Source: Tilletiaria anomala UBC 951
Taxonomy: Eukaryota
DNA length: 64,000 nt
Reading direction: 5' to 3'
Assembly: GCF_000711695.1 (NCBI RefSeq)
Contig: NW_013547021.1
Coordinates: forward strand, 62,001-126,000
Shown here in pieces: positions 50,515 to 62,379 of the stretch. The translations under genes were made by a program, and so were the position numbers. The notes under the pieces are model-generated. The model saw only the letters and a program-made list of their open reading frames with translations, was not told the DNA's origin and searched no databases. How positions within the stretch are numbered: the stretch's first letter is position 1; each line of letters opens with the position of its first letter.

Positions 50515-51839
50515 ATGACACCAGCACCCATCCTCATCAGGCCCGACGCCGACTCGGTGGACAACAATGGCTTTGTCTGGCGCCACGGCTCTGCCGCGGC
50601 TGCAGACTTTTCCCTCTGGCTCAACCCAGTCCCAGAGCTGTCTCGCAAGCGCGCTGGCGGCGGCGGCGGTGGCGGTGGCGGCGGTCGCAGCAGCTCCAGC
50701 TCCAGCCCCAGCTTCAGCGGTGGCAGGTCCAGTAGCGGGACGACATCCTCGAGCAGCTCCTCTTCCTCTTCTTTCGGCACGAGTGCCAACAGCGTCAAGG
50801 GCTTCACGCCTGGCACCGTCTCGGGCGGCGCAGGCGTGTACGGCTCCTCGGCCGCACGCGGCATCGCCAACCCGTACACCATCTCCTCTGGCTCCTTTGC
50901 CGGACGCACAGCCGGCGGCGGAACACGCAACGGCGTCTACGGCAGCTCCTCCTACGGATCCGGATACACTACCGTCGCCGCCGGCGCCGGCGCTGGCGCC
51001 CTCGTTGGCGGCGCCGTCGGCGCCAGGGGGTTCCCGTTTATCTATTGGCCAGTCTACTGTGAGTGCCCTCGCCAAGGAGCGAACGCAGCAGCTATTCTGC
51101 AGCGTCCCTTTAAACGAGATCATCGCTGACAAGACCCGTGCTCGTTTGTTTTTGCGCTGCGCTGCTCCGTTCCGCCAGACCCGTACGCGCCATACTACTA
51201 CGGCTCGCACATCTACGGCCCAGAGAACAACAGCAGCCGCCCGGGCGGCAGCATGACGCTCTACGTCCTGCAGGCCCCCAACGGCGTCAATCAGTCCGCC
51301 AACAACTTTGCGTTGTATGGCGACGCGAACAGCGTTGCTGACGTCTGGGACAGCGTCAAGCCCATCTGCGGCGTCGGCCCCGCGCTGCAAGCCAACTTCA
51401 CTGTGTCACCCAACAACACCGTCCAGTACTACCGCGCCAGCAGCTTCGCCCTCCTCCTCCAGGACTACAGCAGCAACCTCCCTAACATCACCACCGATGC
51501 CGCAGGTGCCTCGTCCGACAACGTCACGCAGCCCCCCGCCCCGCTGCCGTCTGGCGTCGATGCGACGTGTGAGTGTGCAGCGTGCAGCGTACCATGGTCC
51601 TTTCCCCCTTCCTGCCACTGAACAACGGACGCACTGCTCCGGCGCCTGCCCTTGCCTTTGCCTCCTCCCCGCCGACCCTGCCGCACACCGTAGACCTCGA
51701 CTGCCTCAACTCGACCATCGGCACCTTCGTCCCGCTGCTCGACACGGCCGTCTCCAACGAAGCCGCGAGCCTCATCGGCGCGGCGGGCTTCGCGCCGGTA
51801 ATCGCCCTGCTCGTCGCGATGCTCTCATATGTTTCTTGA
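50515..51839 (+). CDS. Gly/Ser-rich, probably GPI-anchored glycoprotein of unknown function, 3 exons
   Basis: Introns 51059-51178 and 51569-51693 give one frame; FAGRTAGGGTRNGVYG...GSGY, GFPFIYWP, QYYRASSFAL, CLNSTIG; hydrophobic C-terminus; TATTTAAA at 50445. Confidence 0.8.
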
Positions 51840-52122
51840 GCGCGTCAGCGCGCGCACCCGCTGCTTTATATGTACTCGTATACCTCCCGCGGTCTGTCTT
51901 TAATGTACACTACGCCCACGTCACGACCTCGCACAGCGCAACGACACCGACACAGGTGCCAACTCGGCCCCTCTGATATTTGCATTCCGCGCATACCCCC
52001 ACGCGCTCGGCGCTAGCATGTTACCACTAGCATTCTGTACCGGAATCGCACATCTTGAGCTTGGAAAGCTGTAGGCTACTATACAACACTGAACGGAAGG
52101 AGAAAATAAGAGCACACAGAGA

Positions 52123-55100
52123 CTACCATCTATCGTCGCCGCTGTCATCGTCATCATCGTCATCCCCTCCGCCGCCGCCGCCGCCGCCGCCACGTCTGCC
52201 GACAACGAACGCGCCGCTGACAGGCAGGTTCTTGAGCTCCAGCTTACCCAGGCCCGAGTTCCAGATCTTGGCGCGCGCGCTCCCCTCGATGCCCGCGAGC
52301 GCGCCAGCCCCCGTGATGATCTTCCACGTGAAGTTGCGGAAATCCTCGTTGCGCCCCGGGAGTAGCTCGAATGGCACGTTTTTCAGCTCGCACCTAAGCA
52401 GCTTCCGCTTCCCCGCCGGGTCCGCCGGGTCGATGTACGTCGATGCCGCCGTAAAGTCGTGCGGGCGCACGCGCCCAAACGCGTGTTTCGGCAATGGATC
52501 CGGCAGCGGCGGCGCCGGCTCTGGCTCCTCCGGCGGTGGTTTCTTGGACATCGTCGCGCTCGTAGTAGCCGCAGAGGCGGCATACAGCGCACGTACGCTC
52601 TCACCATCCAGCACGCCCTCCTCCTTCTCCTCGTCGTCCTTTCCACCACCGCCGTCGCGATACTTCATCCCTGGCGGCTTGCCATTGTACACGACAATGT
52701 CTGGCCAGAGGTCGGTGATCTGCACATCGACAGTCGATAGCTGGCCTGGCAAGTCGACGACGCCGGTGACCGTGCCGTCGCACAGCAACTTCTCCGCTTC
52801 GAAGGGATGCGGGTGGATCTTGAGGTCGGAGATGGACACGTTCTTGATCAGGTCCGTCACTTTGCTGCCCGGGAACAAGATCGGCAGCTGTAACTGCCGC
52901 AACGCATTGTCCAGCCAATCTGGCAGGAGCGACCCGCCTCCAGGCAGACCATCCTCGCCATCGCCCTCCTTTGCGCTGCGGCGCGTGGAGCTGTTGGAGC
53001 GTGCGCTGGCAGTCGCCAGGAACGGGTTGCCACCGTGAACCATGACCGTGTTCGGCTCTCCGCGCAGGAACTTGCTCAAAAAGTCCGAGAGTGCCCGCTG
53101 TGCAGGTTTCTCGTCCATGGCATGAAGCGCGTCGTTGTGGCCGGATGCAAAGACAATTTGCTGTCCCGTTGCGAGCGCCTGCCCTGCTGCTGCAGCTGCG
53201 GAAGGTAGCACGTCCTCTGGCGGAGGCACAACGCGACCGAGCAGCTCCAGCTTGATGTGCTCCTCACCCTTGAGCTCGAACGGGTCGGCCGCGGCAACAG
53301 CCAGCAGGACGAGTCCATCTTCGCTGCCCGGTTGGTCTGCTCCATCATCACCATCTCCGCCATCTTGTGGTGCCTTCCCCCCTTTCTTCTTCTTCTTCTC
53401 CGTTCCTCTCAGAGCCTTGTTGCCATCCATGTCGGCGTTTTCCCCGCCCTTGGAAGGAAGCGGAGAGCTAGGCGATGCACCTTCAGGAGGCGTGGTGGGC
53501 AGGAATATGCCAAAAGGCAAGGAGTACGGCACGCGGCCTTTGAGCAGCTTTCCGAGCGGGTTTATCGCGACGGCATGGGCCCGGACGCCGAGCGCGCGAG
53601 TGGCCATCGTGTTGAGAGTGTTGGCAGCCGTGTCGACGAGGAGAGCGCGGACGATGTCCGCAGGGCTGCTGCTGCCACTGTCACTGCCGCTGAGCTCGTT
53701 CGCCTGCTTGTACGAGTCAGCGCCGATCTCGAAAAAGTCGTAGCCGGTCAAGTCTAGCAGATGGGATGTATCTGTGCTGTTTTCCGATTCGGGGACTGAG
53801 GGGGACACCTTGCGAATCAGCATACCTTACCTAGTCAAGTGACTATATGTCATTTCCTCAGCTCGAACTCACTCTTTTGCGTAAAGCGCTTGCGAATTTG
53901 GCCTTCGCGAAGGTCGATCCACTTAGCAACGCCACCGCTCTTCGTCGTCTTAGCCGCACCCTTCGTCGCCTCCTTCTCGCGCTCCAGAGCCTTGGCGTCC
54001 AAGCCGCTGACGTGCAAGCCAGCCACCTTGAGGTCAAGTGTGATATGCTTGCGCGCAAACGACGCATTAGCGAACGCAATGATGTTCTCTGCGGGTGTTG
54101 CGGGCTTGAAGAGCAGCTCGAGACGGATCGGATGCATTGTACTGTACGTGCGGTTCGTGCTCCGCTCTCCGTCAACTTCCTCCTTGCGGTCGAACTGCGC
54201 AGCTTGACCCGCATGGAGCAAGCGCGGAATAGGAATGATGAGCGGGTCGGTTTGGAAAGAGATAAAGTCGAGGGGAGCTTGCGGGGCTGGCATGGCATCA
54301 TCGAGCGCACGGAAGCCGTCGTTGTGGTCGCCGCCATTCCTGCTGTTGTTGCCGAACAGGTCGATCTTCTGCTCGGGAATATCGACGTTCCAATCCGGCT
54401 CTGCGATGCGAATCTCGCCCACCTCGACCTTGACGGCCTTGACGTCCTTCAGCACCCACTCCACCCAGCTGCGATCCCAGCGCTTCCACGCGCTCATCTT
54501 GTCCTTCTCGCCAAGCCACAGATCCAGCGCTTTGTCTGGGTCCATGCCAAGCCAGCCGGAGACGGCGACACTGACACCTGCATCGGAGATGTTCAGTACC
54601 GAGATCGTGTCGGGTCCCTTGAGCAGGAGCGACGAGTCGAGGATGGCCTTCTGCCTCTCGGGTGACGGCGCGGAGAGTGTGCCGAGGAAGAGATGCAGGA
54701 GCATGGCGGCGATCGCAGCCAGGAAGAGGGCGAGCAATGCCGCAGCGAAAAGGAGGGAACGGAACCCCAGCGGGTGACGCTGCCGCCATTTGGCCCCATG
54801 ACGTCGTCCTGCTCCCTCTTCTTCGTCTGGTTCCTGCTCGTCGGATGTAGGGAGGGCGGTATAAGCGTTTGAGGGGAAACAGCCTTGGACTGTGTGGCTG
54901 GCTTGCGACACGGTATGCGACATGGCCAAGCTGGCGCTTTTCCATGCATTGGAAGCATGGATGGCGGTAACCGAGCTCCATACCTTCAGCTTGGACACAG
55001 CATCCTGGGCGTAGCGGCTGACACCGCTGGTACCGTTGGGAGGTTTGTGCGCCGCCACCGGGTGCGCACTGTTCAAGGTTGACGTGCTCGCCTGCAGCTC

Positions 55101-55175
55101 TGCGGAGGAGATTCCATTGCTGTTGTCGACCGCTCCGTTCTGGCCGGCAGACGCAGGTGCAGGGCCTGCGGCCAT
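52123..55175 (-). CDS. Single-pass membrane protein, Tag1/DUF3712-like, 2 exons
   Basis: Acidic EQEP sorting-type motif, then TM segment LLFAAALLALFLAAIAAMLLHLF; intron 53872-53796 joins two long ORFs; ALSDFLSKFLRGEPNTV.V.G and GLGKLELKNLPVSG. Confidence 0.7.
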
Positions 55176-55693
55176 TGTGCTTGGGCCTCTTGCCGCTGAC
55201 GTAGCCGCTCGTCTACGAGGCGACGAACTATTTCGACACGACACACTGCAAGCCGCTGATTGTACGTATAACGAAACGAGTACAGATGCGCTGTGTATGG
55301 GGTCCCGTTTCGCTCTTTCTTGCGTGCCTTGCAACGACCATCCGCGATAGAAGCAGCTCTCGATCAACAGAAGATGGACGTACGTCCCCCCAGTGTGCCA
55401 AGATGGATGGCACCGCCGCCGCGCCAACGGGATCATCCAAGCCACGCGACGGCGGCAAGTTGTTCAGCACAAAATCGCGCCGCGCAGGCGCCAAGCTTGG
55501 ACTCGGAACGAGCACAACCCTAATCACTTTCCTCTCCCGCTTGTTCAGCAACCCGCTGCTCCCGCCAGGATGCATTCAGTCCTATGCACCGGTACATATA
55601 TATATATATATCCACATTGGCACTTGATTGCTTTCCCTAGACCTAGAATTCATTTCTCTCTTGCGAGGCGAACGGGTGGGGAAGGACCAGAAA

Positions 55694-58110
55694 CTACAGG
55701 AAAACCTCGAGGTCAAACTCGAGCGCCGAGCATGGAAAGTCGATCTCGAATTTGCGCAGCACATCCGGATGCACGACGCCGATCCTGCCGATGACCACGT
55801 CGCTCATGCTCGCCTTGGCTTTCGGTTTGCGCGCGATCGCGTCTATCGCATTGGTTCGGCCGATCAGCTCCTGCGGCCCGCCGCGGATCTCTGTGTCGTC
55901 TGTGCCCTCGCCCGCCGTCGGCTGCTCTTGCTGCTGATCGTCACCACCCTTTCCAACAGCAGGTAAAGCAGAAGAGAGCGCTTCCTTCACATTCTCCAGT
56001 GCGCTCGCTGCCTTGTCCTTGAGGCTTGCATTCTCCTTCTCCGCGGCGCCTGTGCTTGCCACAGTGCTTGGCGGCGGCCGGTAGACAATCGAAGCTCCTC
56101 GGCCAGGGAAGAAGGTCGTGTCTGTCAATGGAAAGAAAAGATGAGAAATACGGCGCGATTGACAAAATGCAGATTTGATGCGGCAGAACGCTCACCCTCG
56201 CTCTCCTCCAAGTAATACCCCTTGGAACTTTTCTGATCTCCGCGCTGAATTCTCGGCACGTCGAGCGCCCTCATGAGTCGATCCAGCAGGCCGTGCACGA
56301 TCTCAAAGTTGGCGCTCATGTTCTCGTACACGGCGACGACGTGCCTCTCGTTGCGCGCCATGCGCTCCCGATCCTTCCCCTGTGTGTCCTTGAACGCGAC
56401 GTCGGATACTTCGAACACGCGCAGCGGCAGCGCGTGCTTGCGGTTCTCACGGATCGTCTTGAACACGCCCGGCAGCAGCGACGTGCGCACGACTTGGAAC
56501 TCAGCCGTCTTGGGGTTCTCCAGCACGATGGCGGTCTGCCCGTCGTCCTTTTGGTTCATGTAGGCAAAATTTTCATCGTGCGAGCACTGTCACCAGGCAT
56601 AGGAACCACAGCGCGAGAAGGTTGGCACAGGCCCGGACACAACACGTGAGCCTGAGCGCAAGCTTGCAAAACGGGCCCTGCTGCTGGGAACTCACCAAAA
56701 TTAGGGGAAGCACCTCGATCCAGCCATTGTACGCGCACTCTCTGCGCAGAATATCGCTGAGCTTGTTAATCGGCAGCGGCTCTGCGACCGTGTTCGTGCG
56801 TGGGAACCTCGTCGGCAGGTTGTCAAAGCCGTACGCGACAGCCACGTCCTCCATCAGGTCGCACTCATGCAACACGTCCGGGCGCGTGCACGGGATCGAC
56901 ACATCCAGGACCTCATCCGCATCCGGCATAGAAGAAGAGGAGGGCGCCGGCGAGGAGGAGGAGAGGGACGCCTGGTGACCCATCCGTCGCAGCAGCTCGC
57001 ACATTTGCGCGCCGGTCAAGTTCAACCCAGTACAACTATTGATGTAGCTCTTGTGCGCGGTCGTCTTGCGTGGTGAAAGGTCCGGAGTAATCTTTGTTGT
57101 CCCGTCCGCGTAAGTGATCTTCATCGGCTCCACGCTGTCAACACCGTGTGAGCGTCAACGAATGCTGCAGTCATTTGAGCCCATAGCAAGTCTTCCCTGA
57201 GGCACTCACGTGAAAGGCTCGGCACAGTATTCGCTGAACATAGCGACAAGGGCGTTCATGGCAAACTCCAGCCTGGTCTCATCGACCGCAGTGATTTCGA
57301 TCATGACATCCTTGGTGTCCAGCGTGATCCTGCTGTGGTTGCTGTTGATGATGGGCGGGAGCGAGCAGACGACGCGGTTGGCGTCGTAAATGACCGGGTA
57401 GACGGGCGAGTCGCGGATGATGGGCAGGTAGGAGCGGAGGTGCGAGTCGGTCTCGTAGAGCGCCATAATGCCGTGTCCGTCGTACTCCTCCGTCTTGTTG
57501 AGCGGCGCGAACTTGATCTGCTCGGGCGGCAGCGCTTCGTACGTGAACGGCGCTTGGATGGTGGAGAGGTCGTGCGTGCCCATCGATACGAGTGTCCTAC
57601 GCCGCGCGAGGTTCTGGTGCAGCTTGTCTTGCAGGTCGATGAAGGAAGCGTAGTTTTCGGGGGTGAATGTGACGCCGCGCAGCACGGCACCCTGCACGTA
57701 CGGCCTGATGCGCTTCGTGTCTGCGGTGACACGGATCTCGAGCATCTCGCCCTTGGCGGGCGGCAGCAGCTTGAGCGTCGGCTGCTGCATCTTACCGAGG
57801 AAGACGAGCAGCGCACGCGAGATGCCCTCATGGCAGAGCAGGTCGTACCGGTTCGCGGGGATGTCGATCTTGAGCTGCGGGCGCTCGCCAGCAGCGGCAT
57901 TCACTTTGTCCGTGGTGTCCTCATCGAGCTCGATGCCAAACTGTGTATGTGGTGTGGAGCACATTGTCCATCAGCGCCCGACAACAAGGAAGGAATGAAA
58001 TATGCGCTGCCTTCACGCACCTGGAAGCACAGCTCATCGAACTCTTGCGTGGTGTATTCGCGGCCGAGGGCCCTGTAAAAATTCGCCTTGTCTACCGCGA
58101 CGGTCGGCAT
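55694..58110 (-). CDS. FRS1: Phenylalanyl-tRNA synthetase beta subunit (cytosolic), 5 exons
   Basis: [98 protein letters not shown]. Confidence 0.97.
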
Positions 58111-58731
58111 GATGGCGAGGACGGGGCGACGGGCGTTTGCCTCGCTTTGCTGGAGCGCACAAAGAAGCTTGTACGAGGTGAGCGTCCGGCTTTCTTTCTT
58201 CCCATCAGCCCAGGGAAAAGATGCAGTGTGCGGGTGAGTCAGGCAAGTACCCTGGGCTGGAATCTATTTTACTGCAGCTCTGCCAGTTGTCAATCCTCGT
58301 ACCGTTCCGCTCACTCTAATCTCGGCGGACGGAACTCTCGAGGCGCCACAGCGTAACCGCCAGCGCGCCAGTGATAGTTGTCCGCGAACCCTCCACCCCC
58401 ATGCAAGATTCCAGAAGACTGGCTAGCACTCCCATCGAGCAGCATCCGCGAGCTGCATATGCTTTCAACGTGCTGCACCCAAGCCACACTGTCTGCGATT
58501 CGTTGCCCCTAGCTCTGCCTGTCGCCACAACTCGCGCTTTAGGAGGCTACAGCAGTCTGCACGGGATCATTGACGCGCACCAACATCACCGTCTGAACGA
58601 AGCTTGAGCGCGTCCACCAGCTGCGGGTGGCCAAGGGCAAGGCGCCTGGTTCTGCTCACTCCAGCTTGGACTTTGCACTTCGAGCCGAGATAGGCGTAAA
58701 GAACCCGGAGGGGCCCTGAACCTACGCTAAA

Positions 58732-61700
58732 ATGGGTGACGCTTTCCTCAACCAGCCAGAATTCTTGTGAGACGGCTCGGTTCCGGAGGCATTTGTGAGA
58801 TGCCGTGTCCGTCCGCTAATCATTGTCATCGCGTTTTCTTGTTGGTCGCACAGCGAGGTCAACCTCGGCGAGTCATTGGAATCTCGAACAGAGACCTTAG
58901 GTGAGTGTTGGCCGCCTTGAGTCGATCGAGATGGGTAGGATTGACGTGAGATCATTCGTGCTCTCGCCGACCGTGATTGTCTAGCCTCATTCCGCGAGCT
59001 GGGACCGCCAGATCTGTGTCATGTCATCAAGACGACGGGTAAGGCTGCATCCAAGGATGTGAGTAGCAAATTTTTCCGAGCGCCACTGTGCCCGGCTAAC
59101 CAGTCTAATACTGCCGACCACAATGTGTGCACAGATCGGCTCGTATCACTACGTCTCTGGCGTGGACGCCTCCTCGTCAGCCGCGCTTGCTGCCTACATC
59201 AACTCGCTAACATACGAGCTAGACCAGAATCCAGCTTGGTTCTCCGGCAAGGGCCCCTACAAGCTCAAGTCAGGGACCTACTGCTGCTTCAACGCCTTCT
59301 CCCGCGTCGACGTCCGCGTCGAGGTGCGCATTCCCGGCAGCGTCGATGCCTACGTTGTCGACCTGCGCGGTGAACGACATCCGCCGAATGCAGAGCTATG
59401 GCAAGAGGTCTACCTCTCGGCGCTCCTTCGAAGCATACTATACGCCGATGATGTCAACTACCGCCTCGCGGGCTACCGCAAGCTCGACCCGATCGCCTCG
59501 CCAGAAGCAGAGCATAGGTTCCTGCAAGCGGCTGAGAACCTCTTCTTCAAAGGTTGGCAGCTCGGGTCCGACCCCGAGATCCAAGTCGCCACCGTCGTCA
59601 GCAACCACCTAAGTAACGGCATCTTGAAATATTTTGGAGAGGCGAATCGTTACGAGCACGCGGTCAACCTCTTCGAAAAGTTGTACGCGAGAGAGCCGGA
59701 GGTCGCAGCGCTCGTCGCTTCAGCGTACATCGGGATGCGTGAGTACTCGTTGATCTCTTCCATCGCAGACGCTCGCACGTGCTGACGGGAGTCTACAATC
59801 ACATATCTTCAGACGAGGAGATGAAAGCCGTGCAGATCATGCACCACGCTATTCGGGAGAACCCTCAGTCATACGCCCTATTGCACGTACAGGCGGACTT
59901 TCTGAGGAGCAGGGGCAAACATGACTGGGCACTCCGCCTGGCCAAGCAGGCTGTTAACTGCGCGCCGTCAGAATTCACCACTTGGGCGAAGGTGACAGAG
60001 TGCTACATCGACCTGGGCGATTTCGAAAGCGTGAGTCTGCCACTGGAGCAGGAGCATATTGTGACTGGGAGCTATTCCGCCAAGCGTCGCTGAACTTGAC
60101 TACTTCATTCCTACGGAGCAGGCACTCTTCACACTGAATTCGTGCCCCATGTTCACCTACAACGAACGTGACTTGCATCGCATGCCACCACCTGCACGCT
60201 CTCACCTCCCCGTCAAACAATTCATCGCCGACTCGAGCCTGCTGAACGAAGACAATGCCAAGGACAATGAAGCGGACGTCGCGCTGCTGCGTCTGCCAGC
60301 TCCGGCGCTACGGGGGACGTTCGCCAAAGCGTACACCCTCCTCACCAAGCTCGTCTCGCGCATCGGCTGGGATGAGCTGCTGAAGCGCAGGAGCGCGGTG
60401 TTCGTCATGGAGGAAGAGTACAGGCTGCAAAAGTCTGGACAGGAGCCAAGGAGCACCAATGCAGCGGAGAGCGTGCCCGGTGCTAACTCTGCCGCCGCCG
60501 CTGAGGTGCAGCCTGACATGGCGGCTTCCTCTGTCATCGACTCTGCCAACACCAACGGCACTGCGGATGGGGTAGCAGCAACAGCTACGCAAGAGGATGG
60601 TGATGCGAGGGCAGATGCTGGGCCAGAGAATGCAGAGGAGCAAGAACCAGGCGATTACTCGGAGACGGCAGACGGAGGGGATGGCGAGAAGGAAGAGACG
60701 ATCCAGCTCGGGGAAAAGCTTGGTGGGCTGGGCATCAACAGCGCAACGGACGCTTCCTCCCAATCGATACCCACCATCAAGATCTCTACCGAGAGTGATC
60801 ACGAACGCGAACAAGAGGCGCTGGACCAGTATATGAAGGACGAGTTGACGGAGGATGGCAGCAAGGAAAATGCTTCTGCCGGCGACGACACGGCCAACAC
60901 GTCAGTCCGCGTTCAGCCGCCACCGCTCGAGAAGCCAGCGACAGCGCAAGCGAGTCACTCTCACGAGCGCACGGACAGCGCCGCTGCTGGCACCGGCACT
61001 GTTGGAGCTGGAGCTGGCGTCGTGAATGGGTCGGTGCAAGCGGATAAGCACAAAGCCGTATCCGCTGCTGTGGAGAAGGACCTCCACAGCGCTGGTGGTG
61101 TGACTGCTGCTGCTGGCGGGGGCGCGTACACTTTCAGCAACAAGCGGCTATGCGAGCGATGGCTAGATAACCTGTTCATGGTGCTGTACGAGGTGCGTAT
61201 CAACTTTGGCAGTAGCCACTCCAAAACCTGGAGAAAACATTGCTGACTCGTTTCCGTGGCGCGTGGCCGGACGGCCACCCTGTGATCCCGCAGGACCTAC
61301 GAGTGTACACGATCTGGCGTGCGGAGATGGCACACTACAAGGCGCAGAACATACCGTACAACAAGACGGGTATGGAATGGGAGATTCTAGGCGATCTCGC
61401 CTCAAGGCTGCAGCACAAGGAAGAGGCGACGGAAGCTTTCACTAAGTGCATCGAGACACGCTTCTCTGCGAAAGCGTACCTTAGTTTACTGGATATGTAC
61501 ATGGAAGCCAAAGACCTTCGACGAACACTTTGGGTGAGTTCGAGGATGGTTACAACTTCAAAGCTCGACGGCGCAAAGTGGTGGTGGTTCATTTTCTTAC
61601 GCGCGATCTTTTGCACCGACAGACTGCAATCAAGCTCACGACATATCACCACCGGTGGTACATGGAGGGCTCGGTATGTTCCGATTGTCAGCCTTGGCGT

Positions 61701-62101
61701 ATCGAATCTCGGCGATCACTGACTCTGCGGCTCTCTGTTCCCTCCCCGCACGGCAGTTCCCCGGCGCCGTTGCAAAGTCACTCTTTACACTCATCAAAAC
61801 GGAAGGACTTGCGAAAGTCTCGTACACGCTGGTGTCCATGTCGCCACCACAGCCTATACTCCGTCTCAGTGAGTCCGGCGTTTGGGCTCGCAATGCTGTA
61901 GCCGGGGTTGCAACTGACGAGATCTGTGCACGCGTTCATCCGTCTTCGTCACACAGTGCAAAATGTGAGTCGGAGCGAAGACGACGCTCGAGATACTTCT
62001 TCGATGCATGCGGCTGACCTCGATCCTTTCTCCCCGTATTACTCTCTAACCAGTACTTCGCCTATGCGCAGCTCTTTCGGGTGCCAGGGCACGACTGGTG
62101 A
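58732..62101 (+). CDS. ChAPs family exomer cargo adaptor (Bch1/Bud7/Chs6-like), about 9 exons
   Basis: FRELGPPDLCH, CCFNAFSRVDVRV, AVNCAPSEFTTW, LNSCPMF, KRLCERWLDNLFMVLYEDLR, EWEILG; ends VPGHDW at TGA 62101. Confidence 0.93.
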
Positions 62102-62379
62102 TGTATAATACGCTTACATCGTAAATGAATAACGATCCACCAGGTCACCTTCAGTGGCTTTCGCAGGTTCGCAGATCCGATGGAACCGCTCGCGAAGGAT
62201 GGACCAGGTGGAGTTGTGCAACCCGGCCCAACTCCGCCTCTTTCAATCGGTGCAAACAAACCAACAGAGCCGCCTCGCCTCATAAAAAGGATGCAACACC
62301 GCGTGAGCACGAATCATGTCAAGCATTCTATGGACATTAGATTTTGAGATACAGCCATCCAGATGATACAATGAACTAC

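Noticed and set aside
50302..51390. Long antisense and alternate-frame ORFs (also 10755-11663, 36851-37906, 47704-48609, 52055-53038, 57335-58078)
   Set aside because: Shadow ORFs from GC-rich codon bias over real genes; no motifs of their own.
53796..53872. Internal TAG/GTAAGG in the 77-nt intron, suggesting recursive or twin splicing
   Set aside because: The sub-introns would be 42 and 35 nt, shorter than any other intron modelled here; a single intron already restores the frame.
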